A stretch of 36,733 bases of DNA from an uncultured Bacilli bacterium (GTDB lineage: Bacteria; Bacillota_I; Bacilli_A; RF39; UBA660). Both the position numbers and the translations under genes were made by a program. The notes beneath the pieces are model-generated. The model did not search any database, was not told the origin of the DNA, and saw nothing but the letters and a program-made list of their open reading frames with translations. The first letter of the stretch is position 1; every line of letters starts with the position of its first letter. Shown here one piece after another: positions 34,167 to 36,733 of this stretch. The stretch is from contig CALVZI010000074.1 of NCBI GenBank assembly GCA_944372485.1, forward strand, positions 1 to 36,733. Reading direction: 5' to 3'.

Positions 34167-35840
34167 TGAAAACCAATAATCATTAAAATCATATTTGAAA
34201 ACACGATAAGCAAATTTCTTTGATGTATAAGTGAATTTTTTTATTAAATCACCGTCATTATCATACTCTGCATAAACATGACTCTTACCGCTAGATGTAA
34301 TTAAATTATCAGCTAATTCTTGTGTACTACTTACAATACTAGAATAATCTAAATTAACTTTTTTTACTAATTCATATGTTTTATTATTAGTATCAACTAA
34401 ATATTTATAGTAATATGAATTATCTCCTTCGGTATAACTTCCAACACCTGGATAATTACTGAAATCAAAGTCTGGTAAAGTTCTACTTCCACCATAATTA
34501 TTATTGTACATATATAAAAAATATTTTCCATCTTCTAAAGATTCATCACTTTCATATACAACTGTATGTTGTCCTGCTTGTGAAGTAAAATCTCCATTTT
34601 TAGTATATAAAAGTTCTTTATAAGTACTATTTTCATACATTGAAGAATCAGCAATTATATAATCTATTTCTGGATTTGTATAAATATTTTTTATTGTAAT
34701 TATACTACTTAGTTCCCTTGCTGAAACAACAATTTCATCATCACTTACAAAATCAATACTATTTAAATGAACCCAGTCTAATTCTTCTCCACCATAATCA
34801 TTTTCTTCAGGATGGAAGGCGTTTTCATACAATTCTGGTAATAGATCTTTCATATCTACTAATTCTTTAACTGTCCCATCTTCTAGATTAACTGAGATAA
34901 TCATATCTTCAATAGTCTCACTATCTTTTTTACTAGCAAGTACTAACAAAGTATTATTATCTTCATCTAAAATGTAATCATGATGCATTTCATAATTTCC
35001 TAAATAGTATGTTTTTTCTATTTTACCTAATGAGTTTACTTCTATTAATTCATCATAGTTTGAAGAATAAATTAAGTTATCATTGTAAAAAATAATTCTA
35101 TCAGCGCGATAATCTTCCAAATTTAATTCACTGCGTAATATTCCATCATTATCATATAAATATATATCAGCATTAAAGTTTTTATCATGTCCAAATACAG
35201 CATATAATCCATCTTCTAATTCATTAATACTGTCTCCTTCAGTTACTTCTAAGGTTTGAGCAACTTCACCACTATTTTCTATACTAGATAAATCAAAAGT
35301 AAATTCTTTATTTTGAGTATTTCCTTCATCATCTGTTAAAGTCATTGTAACTTTGTTTTTATAACCTGCCATTAATCCAATCATAGTATAAGCATTATTA
35401 CTTTCAACTGATGTAGCATTTAAGGTATTAGTATAATCTTCTATATCACTATCATCTACATGAACTGTATACTCTAAAGTTCCGGCATCAGCAAAATAAA
35501 TATTTATTGCCGTTGTATTAGTATTATATGGATCAATTATTAAAAAAGGTTCTTCAAAAGTATAAGGAACAATCATTAAATCCATTATTTTACTATCAAC
35601 CACCTCTTGGTAGTTAGAACTAAATGTGTCAACATCTTCGCCATCTATAATTACTTCATAAACATCACTACCTATATCAGATAATTCAAAAGAAACAATT
35701 TCCTCTAAAACAGCTGCACTTAAACTTCCTTTTTCTTTATTACTATCATATATTTTTTTACTAATATAAATAACAAATAATAAAATAGCGACAAACAAAA
35801 TTATTAATAAAATTAAATTTGTTTTTTTAATTCGCTTCAT
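34155..35840 (-). CDS. arylsulfotransferase (ASST)-family beta-propeller protein with N-terminal signal anchor
   Basis: Start is MKRIKKTNLILLIILFVAILLFV at 35840, after GAAGGTGA. ASST-like block: EELDWVHLNSIDFVSDDEIVVSARELSSIITIKNI...QAGQHTVVY. Confidence 0.65.
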   Translation of the reverse strand: MKRIKKTNLILLIILFVAILLFVIYISKKIYDSNKEKGSLSAAVLEEIVSFELSDIGSDVYEVIIDGEDVDTFSSNYQEVVDSKIMDLMIVPYTFEEPFLIIDPYNTNTTAINIYFADAGTLEYTVHVDDSDIEDYTNTLNATSVESNNAYTMIGLMAGYKNKVTMTLTDDEGNTQNKEFTFDLSSIENSGEVAQTLEVTEGDSINELEDGLYAVFGHDKNFNADIYLYDNDGILRSELNLEDYRADRIIFYNDNLIYSSNYDELIEVNSLGKIEKTYYLGNYEMHHDYILDEDNNTLLVLASKKDSETIEDMIISVNLEDGTVKELVDMKDLLPELYENAFHPEENDYGGEELDWVHLNSIDFVSDDEIVVSARELSSIITIKNIYTNPEIDYIIADSSMYENSTYKELLYTKNGDFTSQAGQHTVVYESDESLEDGKYFLYMYNNNYGGSRTLPDFDFSNYPGVGSYTEGDNSYYYKYLVDTNNKTYELVKKVNLDYSSIVSSTQELADNLITSSGKSHVYAEYDNDGDLIKKFTYTSKKFAYRVFKYDFNDYWFSEVE

Positions 35841-35927
35841 TAAATCACCTTCTTTAATATATTTAACTTTCATGTAGTTATTATGTTAATTATGTGAAAA
35901 AAAAGTAAAATTTATAAAAGAAAAGGA

Positions 35928-36296
35928 TTATAGTTCTTTTTTCCATAATCCGTGAATATTACAATAAGCATATACATTTAATATTTTTACTTCATCTGTA
36001 ACTTTTACTTCTGGTTCATCTTCAGGATTAAAGTTATGGATAAACATACCTTGATTAGTTTCAATAGCTACAAAAGAAATATAGTGTTCTTTTGTCATTG
36101 GATGTTTTTCTTCTCCTACTTTAATTATGATTTCACCACCAACAGTAGTTACAAATGGTACATGTTTTTCTACTGCTGCATCAACAGTATTAGCTTTTAA
36201 TTCTTCCATAGGTGCACCACAACAAATAGTTGGTACATTTACATTATTTAAAATTGTTATTACTTTACCACAATGTTTACATACATAAAATTTCAT
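35928..36296 (-). CDS. dfx: desulfoferrodoxin (class I superoxide reductase)
   Basis: 122 aa. N-terminal desulforedoxin-like CKHCG...CCG. C-terminal SOR centre is EKHVP...HPMTKEHYISF...YAYCNIHGLWK. Confidence 0.88.
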   Translation of the reverse strand: MKFYVCKHCGKVITILNNVNVPTICCGAPMEELKANTVDAAVEKHVPFVTTVGGEIIIKVGEEKHPMTKEHYISFVAIETNQGMFIHNFNPEDEPEVKVTDEVKILNVYAYCNIHGLWKKEL

Positions 36297-36300
36297 TATA

Positions 36301-36733
36301 TCAATCCTTTCTTATTAAACTAACTCCACTCATTTCACTAGGAATTTCTAAACCAAGTAATTCTAGTAAAGTTGGAGCGACATCCCCTAATTTACCATCA
36401 TTTAATTTTATATTATCTTTAGTTATAATACATGGAACTAAAGCAGTTGAATGACTTGTTACAACATTTCCATCATTATCTAACATTGTATCACAATTAC
36501 CATGATCGGCAATAATCATCATTGTCCCATTTATTTTATTAACTTTATCATATAATCTTTTTAAACATTTATCTACAGTTGTAATCGCTTTAATAGTAGC
36601 CTCCATACTTCCAGTATGACCTACCATATCACCATTCGCATAATTTAATATAACAACATCATATTTATTTTCACCTAATCGATTTATTAATTCATCAGTT
36701 ATCTTATTTGCACTCATTTCTGGTTTTAAATCA
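36301..36733 (-). CDS. gpmI: 2,3-bisphosphoglycerate-independent phosphoglycerate mutase, C-terminal part (5' end beyond the window)
   Basis: The reading frame is open to the window edge (DLKPEMSANKITDEL...). Motifs are NYANGDMVGHTG and IIADHGN. TGA stop at 36301-36303. Confidence 0.92.
   Translation of the reverse strand, partial: DLKPEMSANKITDELINRLGENKYDVVILNYANGDMVGHTGSMEATIKAITTVDKCLKRLYDKVNKINGTMMIIADHGNCDTMLDNDGNVVTSHSTALVPCIITKDNIKLNDGKLGDVAPTLLELLGLEIPSEMSGVSLIRKD

Noticed and set aside
4087-36454. All 13 plus-strand ORFs in the track (4087-4326, 5175-5357, 14234-14509, 18501-18689, 19976-20161, 24359-24580, 26248-26634, 27488-27700, 28053-28244, 28316-28516, 30878-31108, 32311-32538, 36230-36454)
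   Set aside because: Each lies antisense inside, or across the junction of, a well-supported minus-strand gene (rplL, rplA, secE/nusG, gatB, glyQS, sigma, recO/parC, parC, parE, PASTA, dfx/gpmI). They have low-complexity, Ser/Ile/Leu/Phe-rich translations and no RBS. These are typical shadow ORFs of an AT-rich genome.
1-36733. CRISPR arrays, tRNA/rRNA genes, toxin-antitoxin pairs
   Set aside because: No spaced direct repeats were seen. No intergenic region is long enough or G+C-rich enough for a tRNA or rRNA. No small two-gene cassettes are present.

Overview
Very AT-rich chromosomal segment, probably a Bacillota or wall-less/Erysipelotrichia-like anaerobe. It uses the standard genetic code: TGA acts as a stop at 3270 and 36301, and Trp is TGG. 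All ~32 credible genes lie on the minus strand; every plus-strand ORF in the track is an antisense shadow. Minus-strand order from high to low coordinates: gpmI (partial), desulfoferrodoxin, arylsulfotransferase-like exported protein, radical SAM enzyme, Zn-ribbon/PASTA protein, parE-parC, recO, a short sigma-70-like factor, glycine T-box + glyQS, a kinase-like orphan, yqeG-yqeH, gatCAB, a small membrane protein, an SBP-SBP-GGDEF protein, a YihY-like protein, an orphan, and secE-nusG. Next comes a ~7.4 kb extremely AT-rich insert, followed by rplK-rplA-rplJ-rplL, a ybxB-like methyltransferase and rpoB (partial). Many canonical TTGACA-17-TATAAT promoters with TGn extended -10 elements, hairpin terminators, an L10 leader, L1-binding rRNA mimics and a T-box can be read directly. 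The most unusual content is the insert that splits the normally contiguous nusG-rplK junction. It holds two tandem ~945-aa paralogues of unknown function, with diverged N-terminal regions, a conserved Cys/His-containing C-terminal domain and nearly identical 3' ends. It also holds a decayed transglutaminase-like gene that keeps an intact promoter and RBS, and an ankyrin-like/coiled-coil gene. No CRISPR array, tRNA, rRNA, transposase or integrase was seen.
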